Shown: positions 25,493 through 34,904 of the stretch, one piece after another
Layout: every line of letters starts with the position of its first letter
Position numbering within the stretch: the first letter of the stretch is position 1
Source of the DNA: Acidobacteriota bacterium
GTDB lineage: Bacteria > Acidobacteriota > Vicinamibacteria > Vicinamibacterales > UBA2999
Length of the DNA: 64,000 bases
Assembly (NCBI GenBank): GCA_030697165.1
Contig: JAUYQQ010000023.1
Span: 286,681-350,680 of the forward strand
Direction: 5' to 3'
The notes under the pieces: generated by a model
What the model was told of the DNA's origin: nothing
The model's database searches: none
The model's input: only the letters and a program-made list of their open reading frames with translations
Translations under genes and position numbers: made by a program

Positions 25493-26396
25493 ACTCCTGT
25501 TCCTCTGCCCAGAGCCACGCGGCACCCCTGACGCCACTCGCGTCACCATGCGCGGCGCGGACGAGCCGGGTGGCGACGCGATCGGAGAAGACAAACGGGG
25601 ACCACCGCGCCGGCACGCTCGCATACAGCCGCTCGATGTTCGACAGCCCGCCGCCCAGCACGATCACATCCGGGTCGAGCACGTTGATGACGCTGGCGAT
25701 GGCGCGGGCGAAGCGGGATTCGTAACGGGCCAGGGCGGCCTCGGCGCGCGGCTCGCCGGCCGCCGCGCGCATGGCCACCTCTGCCGCAGTCACTCGCTCG
25801 CCACCGCCGGCCGCGTAGTCGCGGACGAGCGCCGGTCCCGACAGGAACGTCTCGATGCACCCCGCGCGTCCGCAGTAGCACGCCGGCCCCGGCCGCTCGT
25901 CGTTGCCGGGCGCAGGCAGGGGGTTGTGTCCCCACTCGCCGGCAATGGCATTGGCGCCGGCGATCACGCGGCCGTGGACGACCAGCCCGCCACCGGTGCC
26001 GGTGCCGATGATCACGCCGAACACCACGGCGGCGCCCGCGGCCGCGCCGTCGGTCGCTTCGGACAGCGCGAAGCAATTGGCGTCGTTGGCCAGCCGCACC
26101 GAGCGCGCCAGCACGCGCGACAGGTCGTCGGCCAGCGGCTGGCCGATTAACCAGGTCGAGTTGGCGTTCTTGATCAAGCCAGTGGCCGGCGACACCGCGC
26201 CCGGAATGCCGACGCCGACCGTGCCGCGGCCGCCGGCGCCGGCTTCGAGCGCCGAGACGAGGCCGGCGATGGCGCGCACCGAGTCGTCGTAGCTGTCGCG
26301 CGGCGCGGGGATCCGGCGGCGCTGCAGCTCGCGGCCGTCGGCGGCGAGTGCCACGCCCTCAATCTTCGTCCCGCCCAGATCGATGCCGATGCGCAT
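25482..26396 (-). CDS. ROK-family sugar kinase (NagK/Mak-like)
   Basis: ORF 25482..26762, but homology starts at ATG 26396: MRIGIDLGGTKIEG..., PRDSYD, VRLANDANCFALSEA, GVIIGTGTGGG, GEWGH, CYCGRAGCIETFLSG. Colinear with E. coli NagK as I remember it. Confidence 0.85.
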   Translation of the reverse strand: MRIGIDLGGTKIEGVALAADGRELQRRRIPAPRDSYDDSVRAIAGLVSALEAGAGGRGTVGVGIPGAVSPATGLIKNANSTWLIGQPLADDLSRVLARSVRLANDANCFALSEATDGAAAGAAVVFGVIIGTGTGGGLVVHGRVIAGANAIAGEWGHNPLPAPGNDERPGPACYCGRAGCIETFLSGPALVRDYAAGGGERVTAAEVAMRAAAGEPRAEAALARYESRFARAIASVINVLDPDVIVLGGGLSNIERLYASVPARWSPFVFSDRVATRLVRAAHGDASGVRGAAWLWAEEQESKS

Positions 26397-26451
26397 GCGT
26401 CGATTATGTCCGCGGAGCGGCGGACCATGGGTCTTCGCCGTCAATATACAG

Positions 26452-26683
26452 CCGCAGATTACACCGATTACACAGATTAAAATGCCCGCCGTCCCGCGCG
26501 AACCAGACACCAAGGACCCGCGTCGCCGGGCTGCGCCCGGCTGACCAGTGAGGCCCCCGGAGCGAGTTCGAGAGACCGGTCCCATCCGTCGGTTGTCTCT
26601 CGAACTCGCGCCGGGGACCTCACTGGCCGGCCGCAGGCCGGCGCGGGTCCTGAAATGTCTGTGTGAATCTGCGAAATCTGTGG
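26452..26683. repeat. Nested imperfect palindrome of about 230 bp (MITE-like)
   Basis: Inner arms 26545-26576 (ccagtgaggcccccggagcgagttcgagagac) and 26595-26626 (gtctctcgaactcgcgccggggacctcactgg) match at 30 of 32 positions. The middle arms (ggacccgcg... / ...cgcgggtcc) and the AT-richer outer arms (cagattacaccgattacacagatt / aatctgcgaaatctgtgg) are also roughly complementary. Confidence 0.75.
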
Positions 26684-26718
26684 CCGTGAAAACAGGCGCG
26701 GGGAGCCAACTGAAGCGG

Positions 26719-28098
26719 TCACGCCGCGGCTGCGGCGAGGGTGACGCCAAGCACGTCAACACAGTCGGGGCAGAACTCCGTGGCGCGGCCCTGTTCGATC
26801 AACCCCATCACCTGGTCGGGCGGCATCGCCTCGCGATAGGGCCGCGCGCTCATCAGGGCGTCGGCGACGTCGGCGACCGCCAGCACGCGCGCGGTCGGCG
26901 TCAGCTGCGCCGCGGTCAAGCCGCGAAAGTATCCGCGGCCGTCCAGCCGCTCGTGATGGTTGGCCGCATCCTCGGCCAGCTCTTCGAAGATCGGCACGCG
27001 CCGCAACACGTTCAACGTGTGTTCGGGGTGCTGCTTGACGATGGCCCATTCAGCGGGGGTGAGCTTGCCGGGCTTGTCGAGAATGGCGTTGGGGACGGCG
27101 AGCTTGCCAATGTCGTGCAACAGCGCGGCGCGGCGCAGCCGCGTCTGCTGCTCGGCGCTAAAGCCGAGGCGTTCGGCCATGCCGTGCGCAATCAACGAGA
27201 CCCGGTCGGAATGTTCAAAGGTGAAACTCGACTTGGCGTCGATGACCCACGCAAACGCGGTGGCGATCTGATCCAGGCGCGCGTCGGTCGCGTCGATGGC
27301 CCGCTCCGCCGGTTCGGCGGCCGCCACGACGGCGTTGAGATCGGGCGCTTCGAGCGAGGCCCACAGTGCCGGACTCGAGATCGCCTGCAGGCAATCCACC
27401 AGTTCCGGATCGAACCAGCGGCCGCGCCGCTGCGATGCCATCTCGAGCGCGCGCTCGGGCCCGGCCACGCCCCAGAAGATCTCGACCACCTGCGACAAGC
27501 CGATGATCCGCGCGGCAATGGGAATGCGCTCGCCACTCACGCCTTGCGGGTGGCCGCCGCCATCCCAGTGTTCGTCCATCAGGTGCACGGCCTGGGCGGT
27601 CGCCTCCGACATGCCCAGCGCGCGGGCGATCGCGGCGCTGCGCGCGCAGCGGATCTCGAACAGCTCCCGTTCGGCCTTGGGCCCGATCGCCGCCAGGCGC
27701 AGGAATTGCCGCACGCGGGCCAGGAAGTCGCCTTCGGGCTCGACCCACTCGAGCGCGTAGCGCACCTTCTGATCCAGCTTGCGCCAGTCGCGCAGCCAGA
27801 CGGCCCGCTTGGTTTCGTGCTCGTCCGGGCCGCCGAACATCTGGTAGACGCGCTCGGCGTTGGCCGAGCAGCCGGCATCCTTCAGCAACGCGGCGTAGAA
27901 CAGGTCGGACGATTCCTCGGGCGACAGCCGCATGGCGTCAGCCAGCCGCATGGCGATCAGGCAGGTGCGCGCGGCGTGGCCGCGGGGGTGGCCCTCGGTA
28001 ATGTCCAGCGCCGCCGACAAGCCCGACAGGACTGCCGAGATCGGGAATGTGGTGGGGGTTACATCCGGCACTGCGTTATGACGCTGATTGTCCCTCAC
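26719..28098 (-). CDS. HD-GYP domain phosphohydrolase (probable c-di-GMP phosphodiesterase) with a degenerate N-terminal HD-like domain
   Basis: 459 aa. C-terminal HSDRVSLIAH...LLHDIGKLAVPNAILDKPGKLTPAEWAIVKQHPEHT...HHERLDGRGYFRG is the classical HD-GYP signature. Confidence 0.85.
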   Translation of the reverse strand: MRDNQRHNAVPDVTPTTFPISAVLSGLSAALDITEGHPRGHAARTCLIAMRLADAMRLSPEESSDLFYAALLKDAGCSANAERVYQMFGGPDEHETKRAVWLRDWRKLDQKVRYALEWVEPEGDFLARVRQFLRLAAIGPKAERELFEIRCARSAAIARALGMSEATAQAVHLMDEHWDGGGHPQGVSGERIPIAARIIGLSQVVEIFWGVAGPERALEMASQRRGRWFDPELVDCLQAISSPALWASLEAPDLNAVVAAAEPAERAIDATDARLDQIATAFAWVIDAKSSFTFEHSDRVSLIAHGMAERLGFSAEQQTRLRRAALLHDIGKLAVPNAILDKPGKLTPAEWAIVKQHPEHTLNVLRRVPIFEELAEDAANHHERLDGRGYFRGLTAAQLTPTARVLAVADVADALMSARPYREAMPPDQVMGLIEQGRATEFCPDCVDVLGVTLAAAAA

Positions 28099-28110
28099 CG
28101 GGTTCGCGAG

Positions 28111-28170
28111 GCAACCACGAAGAACACGAACACCACGATGGCTTCGTGTCTTCGCGAGCTTCGTGGTTGC
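28111..28170. repeat. CACGAAG-stutter palindromic element, copy 3 (short)
   Basis: gcaaccacgaagaacacgaacaccacgatggcttcgtgtcttcgcgagcttcgtggttgc. Same terminal GCAACCACGAAG / CTTCGTGGTTGC arms as copies 1 and 2. Confidence 0.75.
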
Positions 28171-28176
28171 GTTGGA

Positions 28177-29895
28177 TCATCTCGTTGCCTTGTAACCCGG
28201 CCCACGGATGGGCTGGCCGGGCCGCTCGGCGGTGATCTTGCCGTCGGCCACGACGGCGCGCCCGTTGACGAGGACGTGGGCGATCCCCTCCGAGTAGTGA
28301 GTGGGATCGACAAAGGTCGAGACGTCGCGGATGGTGGCCGGGTTGAAGATCGTGATGTCGGCCTTCAGCCCCGGCTTCAGCAGGCCGCGGTCGGCGATGC
28401 CGAGGCGGGTGGCGGGCCGCGACGTGAAGCGCCGCACCGCGTCCTCGAGCGTGATCAGCTGCTCGTCGCGCACGTACTTGCCGAGCACGCGCGGAAACGA
28501 GCCCCAGGCGCGCGGGTGCGACTTCGACTCCGAGAACGGGCCATCCTCGGCGCGGGCCCCCGAATCGGTGCCAATCGAGATCATCGGGTGGGCCAGCGCC
28601 AGCCGCACATCGTCTTCGCGCATGATCGAGATGATGGTCGAGGTCTCGCCGCGGTCGGCGATCACCAGGTCCATGGCGGCGTCGCGCGGGTCCTTGCCCA
28701 TCTCCTGGCCAATCTCGGCGAGGGTCTTGCCTTCCCACTTGCGCAACGACGGGTCCAGCACGGTTGACACCATCACGCCGGCGCCGCCGCCCGATCCGTA
28801 CCACTGGTTCTCCCAGTCCTGCGCCGTCGAGTCATCCATGTCCTTCTTGATGCGATCGCGCAGCGACGGGTCGTTCAGTCGCGCCAGCATCTTGTCGAGC
28901 CCGCCCTCGCGCACCCACAGCGGCAGGCTGGCGTCGAGGCCGTTCGAGGCGCGATCGTACGGATACATGTTGGCCGTCACGTCGAGGCCGCGCGCCCGCG
29001 CCGCCTCGAAGTGTTTCAGCACTTCCGGCATGCGGCCCCAGTTGGCCTTGTAGGCGGTCTTGAGGTGCCACACCTCGGCCGGGGTGTTGGCGCGCTCCGC
29101 GATCGTGAACACCTCGTCCAGCGACGGGATGATCTGGCCCGACTCGGATCGCTGGTGCGAAATGTAAATGCCGCCGTGCTTGCGGGCCGCCGTGGCCAGC
29201 GCGACCAGTTCGTCAGTGGACGCAAACCGGCCGGGCACGTACTGCAGCGAGGTGCTGAGGCCGAGCGCGCCGTCGGCCATCGCGTTTTCGACCAGTTGCT
29301 GCATCTCCGCGATCTCCGACGCCGTGGCCGTGCGCTGGGTGTCGCCGACGACGTACGCGCGCAGGCCGCCGGCGCCCACGAACGTGCCGACGTTGAGGGC
29401 GGGCCGCTCCCGCTCGAGGCGCGCGAAGTACTCGCCGAGGGTGCGGAAGTCGAGCACCACCTTGAAGCGGTCGAACTGCGGCTTCACCGAGGCCGCCAGC
29501 CGATCGTTCAAGGGCGCGATCGACGACCCTTCGCCGGTGATCTCGGTGGTGATGCCCTGCGTGATCTTGCTCGCGGCGCGGCCGTCCACCAGGATGTTGA
29601 ACTCCGACTGCCCGAGCATGTCGATGAAGCCGGGCGCCACCACCAGGTTGGTCGCATCAATCGTCGTCTTGGCGCTCTGCCCCGCCAGCTGCCCAATCGC
29701 GGTGATCCGATCACCCGTGATGCCGACGTCGCCGAGGAACCACGGCGCGCCCGTGCCGTCGACAATGCGGCCGCCGGTGATGAGGACGTCGAAGCCGGCG
29801 CTCGCGGCGGGCGCGGCGCCAGGCGCCGACAGCGGCGGTGCCTGGCACGCGCTCAGCACTCCGGCCACGCACGCGATGAGAAAAAACCGTTTCAT
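28177..29895 (-). CDS. N-acyl-D-amino-acid deacylase (D-aminoacylase) family amidohydrolase, lipoprotein
   Basis: ORF 28177..30171. Real start is MKRFFLIACVAGVLSAC (lipobox) at 29895. FDVLITGGRIVDGTGAPWF..GDVGITGDRITAIG and FIDMLGQSE are typical of the D-aminoacylase N-terminus. Confidence 0.8.
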   Translation of the reverse strand: MKRFFLIACVAGVLSACQAPPLSAPGAAPAASAGFDVLITGGRIVDGTGAPWFLGDVGITGDRITAIGQLAGQSAKTTIDATNLVVAPGFIDMLGQSEFNILVDGRAASKITQGITTEITGEGSSIAPLNDRLAASVKPQFDRFKVVLDFRTLGEYFARLERERPALNVGTFVGAGGLRAYVVGDTQRTATASEIAEMQQLVENAMADGALGLSTSLQYVPGRFASTDELVALATAARKHGGIYISHQRSESGQIIPSLDEVFTIAERANTPAEVWHLKTAYKANWGRMPEVLKHFEAARARGLDVTANMYPYDRASNGLDASLPLWVREGGLDKMLARLNDPSLRDRIKKDMDDSTAQDWENQWYGSGGGAGVMVSTVLDPSLRKWEGKTLAEIGQEMGKDPRDAAMDLVIADRGETSTIISIMREDDVRLALAHPMISIGTDSGARAEDGPFSESKSHPRAWGSFPRVLGKYVRDEQLITLEDAVRRFTSRPATRLGIADRGLLKPGLKADITIFNPATIRDVSTFVDPTHYSEGIAHVLVNGRAVVADGKITAERPGQPIRGPGYKATR

Positions 29896-29979
29896 GCACA
29901 TTCTCCTGGGGCGGCCTGGCTCGCCATTCAGTTGGGAGCGACAGCGCACGTGCGGAATCCTATGTAGAATCACTGACGG

Positions 29980-32757
29980 ATGTCGAGCTTCGCCTTTCTG
30001 TGGCCCACGGCCGCCTGCGTGATCGCGGGCGCCGCGCTCTACGTCACACGGGGCGTCCTCGACCAGACCGTGACCCCGGCCGGGGTGGTGCGCTTCGCGA
30101 TGTTGCCCCCGTGGCAGGCGCTGCTCGGGTTCTTGTGTCTCGCCGGACTGGTGCTGCTCGGCATCGATCACCTCAACGCCCCGCGCGGCACCACCACCAA
30201 TCGCCGGCCACGGCTCGGCGAACTGGTGCTGCCGCTCGTCGCGCTCGGCGTCCTGATCGTGCCGTTCCTGCCGATCGTGCCGGACCGCTGGCCGGTGTTC
30301 CAGGCGCTGGCGGGACCACTCGGCGCAATCGTGTGGTTGAGCGTAGCGGGTCTGCAGGTGTGGACGTTGTGGCAGAGCCGGCTGCTCACCGCGCGCTGGC
30401 TGGAGCGGTGGACGCTGTGGCGCGTCACGGCGGGCATCGGGATCGCGACGGCCGCCCTCGCCGCACTCGCCAGCGCGCGGCTCACGAACACGCCACTATT
30501 CCCCTCGGGCGATGAGCCTCACTACCTGGTGATCGCGCAAAGCTTGTGGCGCGACGGCGACCTCAAGATCGAGAACAACCACACCAGGGGTGACTACAAG
30601 GAATACTTCGCCCCCGACCTCGAGCCTCATTACCTGACGCGCGGCAGCGACCAGGAGATCTACTCGATCCACCCGGTGGGCCTGCCGGTCCTGCTGGCGC
30701 CGGTCTACGCGACGGGCGGTTACGCAGCCGTGGTCTGGCTCCTGATCCTGATGGGCGCCACCGCCGCCGCGATCGCGTGGTGGTGGACCATGGCCACGGT
30801 CAACACCGCCGGCGCGGCCACGTTCGCGTGGGCCGCCATTGCCGGCACCGCGCCCTTCCTGTTCAACACGTTCACGGTCTATCCGGAGATCGCCGCCGCC
30901 CTCGCCGTGATGATTGCGCTGGTCACGACGATGAGGACCAATCCGGCGGCGCCGGGCCTGGCGCGGTGGCTCGCCGTCGGCGTCGCGTGCGCGGCGCTGC
31001 CGTGGCTGAGCACGAAGTACGCCCCGATGTCGGCCGCCCTGGTCCTGGTGGCGGCCCTGCGGCTGAAAAGTGGACCTGCTCCCCTTTTAGGTAATCCGAA
31101 AGTCTGGGGGGTGGTCGCGCCGTATGCGCTGTCGCTTGCCGGCTGGTTGACGTTCTTCTACGCCATCTGGGGGGTTCCGCTCCCCATGGCGCCGTATGGC
31201 GCGCTGGTGCAGACCTCGCCGCTCAACCTGGCCTTCGGCGCGCCGGGGTTGTTCTTCGATCAGGAGTACGGCCTGCTGGCGTTCGCACCGGTTTACGTGC
31301 TGGCCGTGACCGGGCTGTACCAGATGTGGCGCAGCGGCGGAGAATCGAGGCGGCAGGCGCTGGAGATCGCGATCGTGTTCGGCGCGCTGGTGGCCACCGT
31401 GGGCGCGTTTCGCATTTGGTGGGGCGGCACCTCCGCACCGGCGCGGCCGCTCGCGTCAGGGCTGCTGCTGCTGTCGCTGCCCATCGCAACCGCGTTCCGG
31501 ACGGCGCCCGCCGGATCGGCGCGCCGTGCGGGCCAGCACCTGTTGCTGTGGATCAGCGTCGGCATCGCCCTGACGCTGGCGACCGCGCAAGGCGGGTTGC
31601 TGATCAACAACGATCGCGACGGCACCTCGGCGTTGCTGGAGTACTGGTCGCCGCGGTGGGAACTGTGGACGCTGGCGCCCACGTTCATCCTGCAACCGAC
31701 GGCCATCGCGTGGCTGCAGGCGCTCTTGTGGGTGGCGGCGGCCGCCGGCGCGGGCTGGTTCCTGTCGCGGCACACGACCACCCGCCCCGGGGCGGCGGCG
31801 CTCGTTGCTGCGGGCACGCTCGGACTGGCGCTGCTGGCCGTCTCACTGGCATTCCCGTTCCTGCCCACCGGCACCCCGATGCCGCGCGTGGATCTGGGCG
31901 CCCGCTCGCGGTTGACCACGCTCGACGGCTTCGACGCGCGCGTCCGGCCGGCAGCGATCATCTACGATCCGCTCCGAAAGGTGGGGGCGACGGAGGTGCT
32001 GCCGCAAGTGCGCCTCGGGGTGGAGCCGGGCCTGCGCACCCGGCAGCAACCGGTCCGCGTGCTGCACAACGGACGCTTCTCGCTGCCGGCCGGGACCTAC
32101 CACGTTGACGTCCGCTTCAACGACCTGACGCCGGCGCAGCCGACACCGTTCGCGCTGCAGGTGGGCCGCGTCGGCCCGCCGCTCCAGACCTGGAATCTGC
32201 AGCCCACGCCCGGCGCCAGCTGGCACACCAGCCTCTGGCTGGCCCTCGACGCCAGCTTTGTGGGCTTCCGCGGGCCGGCCGAAATGGAACGGGCGATCGC
32301 CTCGATCACGATCACGCCCACCGCGGTGGTCGACTCCGGCGCCCGGCCGCTGGTCGGCGAAGTGCTGTCGGCGGCCACGTACCACGGCGTGATGTTCTAT
32401 TTCCACGACGAGCAGATGTACCCGGAGCCGGGCGGCTTCTGGACCATCGGCCGGCGCACGGCCGAAGTGACCGTGGCGGTCCCGCCTGGGCGCACCGCCC
32501 CGGTGGTGTTGCGCATTCACGGCGGCGCGCAGGCCAACCGCGCCATCATCACCACCTTCGGATGGCGACGCGAACTCGCGCTCATGCCGGGAGAAGCCGC
32601 CGAGATCGAGCTGCCGGTCGTGGCCGGCGGGGTCGTCCCGCTGACCATCGCCACCGAGGACGGCTTCTCGCCGCGCACGTTCGACCCTTCATCAACCGAC
32701 CCGCGGTTCCTCGGCATCTGGGTCGAGATGCTGGACCCGGTGAAAGAACCATCATGA
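29980..32757 (+). CDS. Large polytopic membrane protein, putative GT-C-fold glycosyltransferase with C-terminal periplasmic domain
   Basis: 925 aa with more than 12 predicted hydrophobic helices in the first roughly 600 aa. The SGDEPHYLVIAQSLWRDGDLKIENN loop motif resembles the acidic first-loop motif of ArnT/PMT-type enzymes. The function is inference. Confidence 0.55.
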   Translation: MSSFAFLWPTAACVIAGAALYVTRGVLDQTVTPAGVVRFAMLPPWQALLGFLCLAGLVLLGIDHLNAPRGTTTNRRPRLGELVLPLVALGVLIVPFLPIVPDRWPVFQALAGPLGAIVWLSVAGLQVWTLWQSRLLTARWLERWTLWRVTAGIGIATAALAALASARLTNTPLFPSGDEPHYLVIAQSLWRDGDLKIENNHTRGDYKEYFAPDLEPHYLTRGSDQEIYSIHPVGLPVLLAPVYATGGYAAVVWLLILMGATAAAIAWWWTMATVNTAGAATFAWAAIAGTAPFLFNTFTVYPEIAAALAVMIALVTTMRTNPAAPGLARWLAVGVACAALPWLSTKYAPMSAALVLVAALRLKSGPAPLLGNPKVWGVVAPYALSLAGWLTFFYAIWGVPLPMAPYGALVQTSPLNLAFGAPGLFFDQEYGLLAFAPVYVLAVTGLYQMWRSGGESRRQALEIAIVFGALVATVGAFRIWWGGTSAPARPLASGLLLLSLPIATAFRTAPAGSARRAGQHLLLWISVGIALTLATAQGGLLINNDRDGTSALLEYWSPRWELWTLAPTFILQPTAIAWLQALLWVAAAAGAGWFLSRHTTTRPGAAALVAAGTLGLALLAVSLAFPFLPTGTPMPRVDLGARSRLTTLDGFDARVRPAAIIYDPLRKVGATEVLPQVRLGVEPGLRTRQQPVRVLHNGRFSLPAGTYHVDVRFNDLTPAQPTPFALQVGRVGPPLQTWNLQPTPGASWHTSLWLALDASFVGFRGPAEMERAIASITITPTAVVDSGARPLVGEVLSAATYHGVMFYFHDEQMYPEPGGFWTIGRRTAEVTVAVPPGRTAPVVLRIHGGAQANRAIITTFGWRRELALMPGEAAEIELPVVAGGVVPLTIATEDGFSPRTFDPSSTDPRFLGIWVEMLDPVKEPS

Positions 32758-33392
32758 TGTCGATTGCCGACCTGAGACGAGAGTACGCCAGCCGCGCGCT
32801 CGGTGAAGCCCACGCCGACGCCGATCCGATTCGCCAGTTCACGGCGTGGTTCGATGAAGCGGCCAGCGCGCAGATCCTCGACGTGAACGCCATGACGCTG
32901 GCAACCACGACGCCTGACGGCGATCCCGACGCGCGGATCGTGCTGCTCAAGGGCTTCGACGCCGATGGCTTCGTGTTTTTCACCAACTACGCGAGCACGA
33001 AAGGCGAGCAGCTGCTGGCGCGTCCCCGCGCGTGCCTGCTGTTTTTCTGGGTCGAACTCGAGCGCCAGGTCCGCATCACTGGCGCCGTGACCAAGGTCTC
33101 GCGGGCCGAGTCGGATGAGTACTTTCACTCGCGGCCGTTCGAGAGCCAGGTCGGCGCGTGGACGTCGGCGCAAAGCTCGCCGGTGGCCGATCGCGCCGTG
33201 CTCGAAACCCGCTACGCGGAGTTGTCGGCGCAATACGCCGGACAGACCGTGCCGTTGCCCGAGTTCTGGGGCGGCTACCGGGTGGCGCCGGAGAAGGTCG
33301 AGTTCTGGCAGGGCCGGCCGAGCCGCCTGCACGATCGGCTGCTCTACACGCGCGGCGCCAGTGGCTGGTCGCGCTCGCGCCTGGCACCTTAA
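32754..33392 (+). CDS. pdxH: Pyridoxamine 5'-phosphate oxidase
   Basis: Start ATG 32754 inside ORF 32562..33392 (ATGA overlap with the upstream stop). Motifs MTLATTTPDGDPDARIVLLKGFD..GFVFFTNYASTKG, ERQVRITG, YFHSRP, WGGYRV.P..VEFWQGRPSRLHDR. Confidence 0.92.
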   Translation: MMSIADLRREYASRALGEAHADADPIRQFTAWFDEAASAQILDVNAMTLATTTPDGDPDARIVLLKGFDADGFVFFTNYASTKGEQLLARPRACLLFFWVELERQVRITGAVTKVSRAESDEYFHSRPFESQVGAWTSAQSSPVADRAVLETRYAELSAQYAGQTVPLPEFWGGYRVAPEKVEFWQGRPSRLHDRLLYTRGASGWSRSRLAP

Positions 33393-33590
33393 AGGCCACC
33401 GATTCACACCGATTGGGCACCGATACTCGGACGCGTTTCTAGAGGTCGAAGGTGCCCTCGCCCACGCGCACGGCTTTGCCGCCGACCTGCACCCGCGTGA
33501 TCGGTAAAGACGTCGTAGTGCAAATTCCTCATTGCAGGATTCTACCGGGGAGGGCACTTCCCGACGGGATTCACAGATAGAATCGCCGCG

Positions 33591-34904
33591 ATGCTCTTGC
33601 GCGGCGCAATGGTGCTTGCCTTGGTTGCCACCGCGACGACCCATGCCGGCGCCCAGTTGCTGATCGTCGCGCCGGCGGCGCCTGGGGGCGGGTGGGATCA
33701 GACCGCGCGGGTGATGCAGCGCGTGCTGGCGGAGCTCGAACCGGCGACGACCGTGCAGGTCGACAACATCCCCGGAGCGGCCGGCACGATCGGGCTCGCG
33801 CGGTTCGTGCAATCCGAACGCGGCAATCCCCATGCGCTGCTGGTCACCGGGCTCGTGATGGTCAGCGGCGCCATCATCAACGCGTCCCCGGTCTCGCTGT
33901 CGGACGCGACCCCGATTGCGCGGCTCACCGGCGAAACCGAAGTGATCGTCGTCCCCGCCGCGAGTCCGCACCGGACGATCGGGGACTTGGTCGAGGCGTT
34001 CAAGCAGGATCCGGGTGGTGTGTCGTGGGGCGGCGGGTCGGCCGGCGGCACCGACGATCTGCTCGTGCGGTTGCTGGCCGAACAGGTCGGGCTACCGGCC
34101 TCGCGCGTCAACTACATCGCCTTCGCCGGCGGCGGCGCGGCGCTCGCCGCCGTGCTCGGCGGCCAGGTCACCGCGGCCGTCAGCGGCTACGGCGAGTTCG
34201 CAGGACAAATCGCGGCCGGGCAATTGCGGCCGCTCGCGATCTCGGCCGAGGCGCGGGTGACCGGGATCGACGCGCCCACGCTGCGCGAATCGGGCATTCC
34301 CCTCGACCTCGCCAACTGGCGCGCCATCGTCGCGCCGCCGGGACTCTCCGATGCCGAGCAGGATGCCCTGATCGCCCGCATTACGAGCCTGGCCACCAGC
34401 GACGCGTGGCGGCAAGCCGTGTCCCAGAACGGCTGGGACGATCGGTTTCTCGCCGGCGCCGCCTTCCGCCAGTTTCTGCTGGCCGAACAGGCGCGCGTCG
34501 GGGCCGTGCTGCAACGACTGGCCGCCGCCGAGAACGACGCGCCACCGCGACACACGCTCGCGGTGACGCCGACGACCGTGCCGACGGTGACGATCGCGAT
34601 CTTCGGACTGCTGGCGGCCGCGTTGACCGCAACACGCGGGCGCGATCGGACGCCGGTCGTTGCGGGCGGATCAGCGATGCGGATGGCGGCGTTGCTGGCA
34701 CTCGCCCTCTTGCTGCAGCCGGTCGTGATGACGGCGGCCGGATTCATCATCTCGTCAACGCTGCTGTTTGTCGTCACCGCCACGGCCTGGCGCGGGGTCC
34801 GGCCGCTGACGCCCGTCATCGCGAGGGACGCGATGGTCGGTGCGGTCTTCACCACGATCATTTACGTCATCTTCAGCACCGGCCTCGGTGTGTCCCTCCC
34901 GTAA
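33591..34904 (+). CDS. Tripartite tricarboxylate transporter: TctC (Bug-family binding protein) fused to a TctB-like membrane module
   Basis: 437 aa. The N-terminal roughly 300 aa are TctC-like (PGGGWDQTARV..., NIPGAAGTIGL, ANWRAIVAPPGL). The last roughly 130 aa carry hydrophobic segments ending ...IIYVIFSTGLGVSLP, as in TctB. Confidence 0.75.
   Translation: MLLRGAMVLALVATATTHAGAQLLIVAPAAPGGGWDQTARVMQRVLAELEPATTVQVDNIPGAAGTIGLARFVQSERGNPHALLVTGLVMVSGAIINASPVSLSDATPIARLTGETEVIVVPAASPHRTIGDLVEAFKQDPGGVSWGGGSAGGTDDLLVRLLAEQVGLPASRVNYIAFAGGGAALAAVLGGQVTAAVSGYGEFAGQIAAGQLRPLAISAEARVTGIDAPTLRESGIPLDLANWRAIVAPPGLSDAEQDALIARITSLATSDAWRQAVSQNGWDDRFLAGAAFRQFLLAEQARVGAVLQRLAAAENDAPPRHTLAVTPTTVPTVTIAIFGLLAAALTATRGRDRTPVVAGGSAMRMAALLALALLLQPVVMTAAGFIISSTLLFVVTATAWRGVRPLTPVIARDAMVGAVFTTIIYVIFSTGLGVSLP

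Noticed and set aside
25482-26762. N-terminal extensions of ORFs in the track (ROK kinase to 26762, D-aminoacylase to 30171, gpW to 58164, NHL protein to 24447, HupE to 21605, pdxH to 32562, msrA to 36358, several GT genes)
   Set aside because: The extensions are Arg/Pro/Gly-rich and run across intergenic repeats or upstream genes. Homology, signal peptides or 4-nt stop/start overlaps begin at internal start codons, which I used instead.
33425-33500. Minus-strand fragment reading ...SLPITRVQVGGKAVRVGEGTFDL-stop, which looks like the C-terminus of a real protein
   Set aside because: Only about 30 codons are open, with a stop immediately upstream and no start codon. It is at best a gene remnant, and I cannot identify the family.
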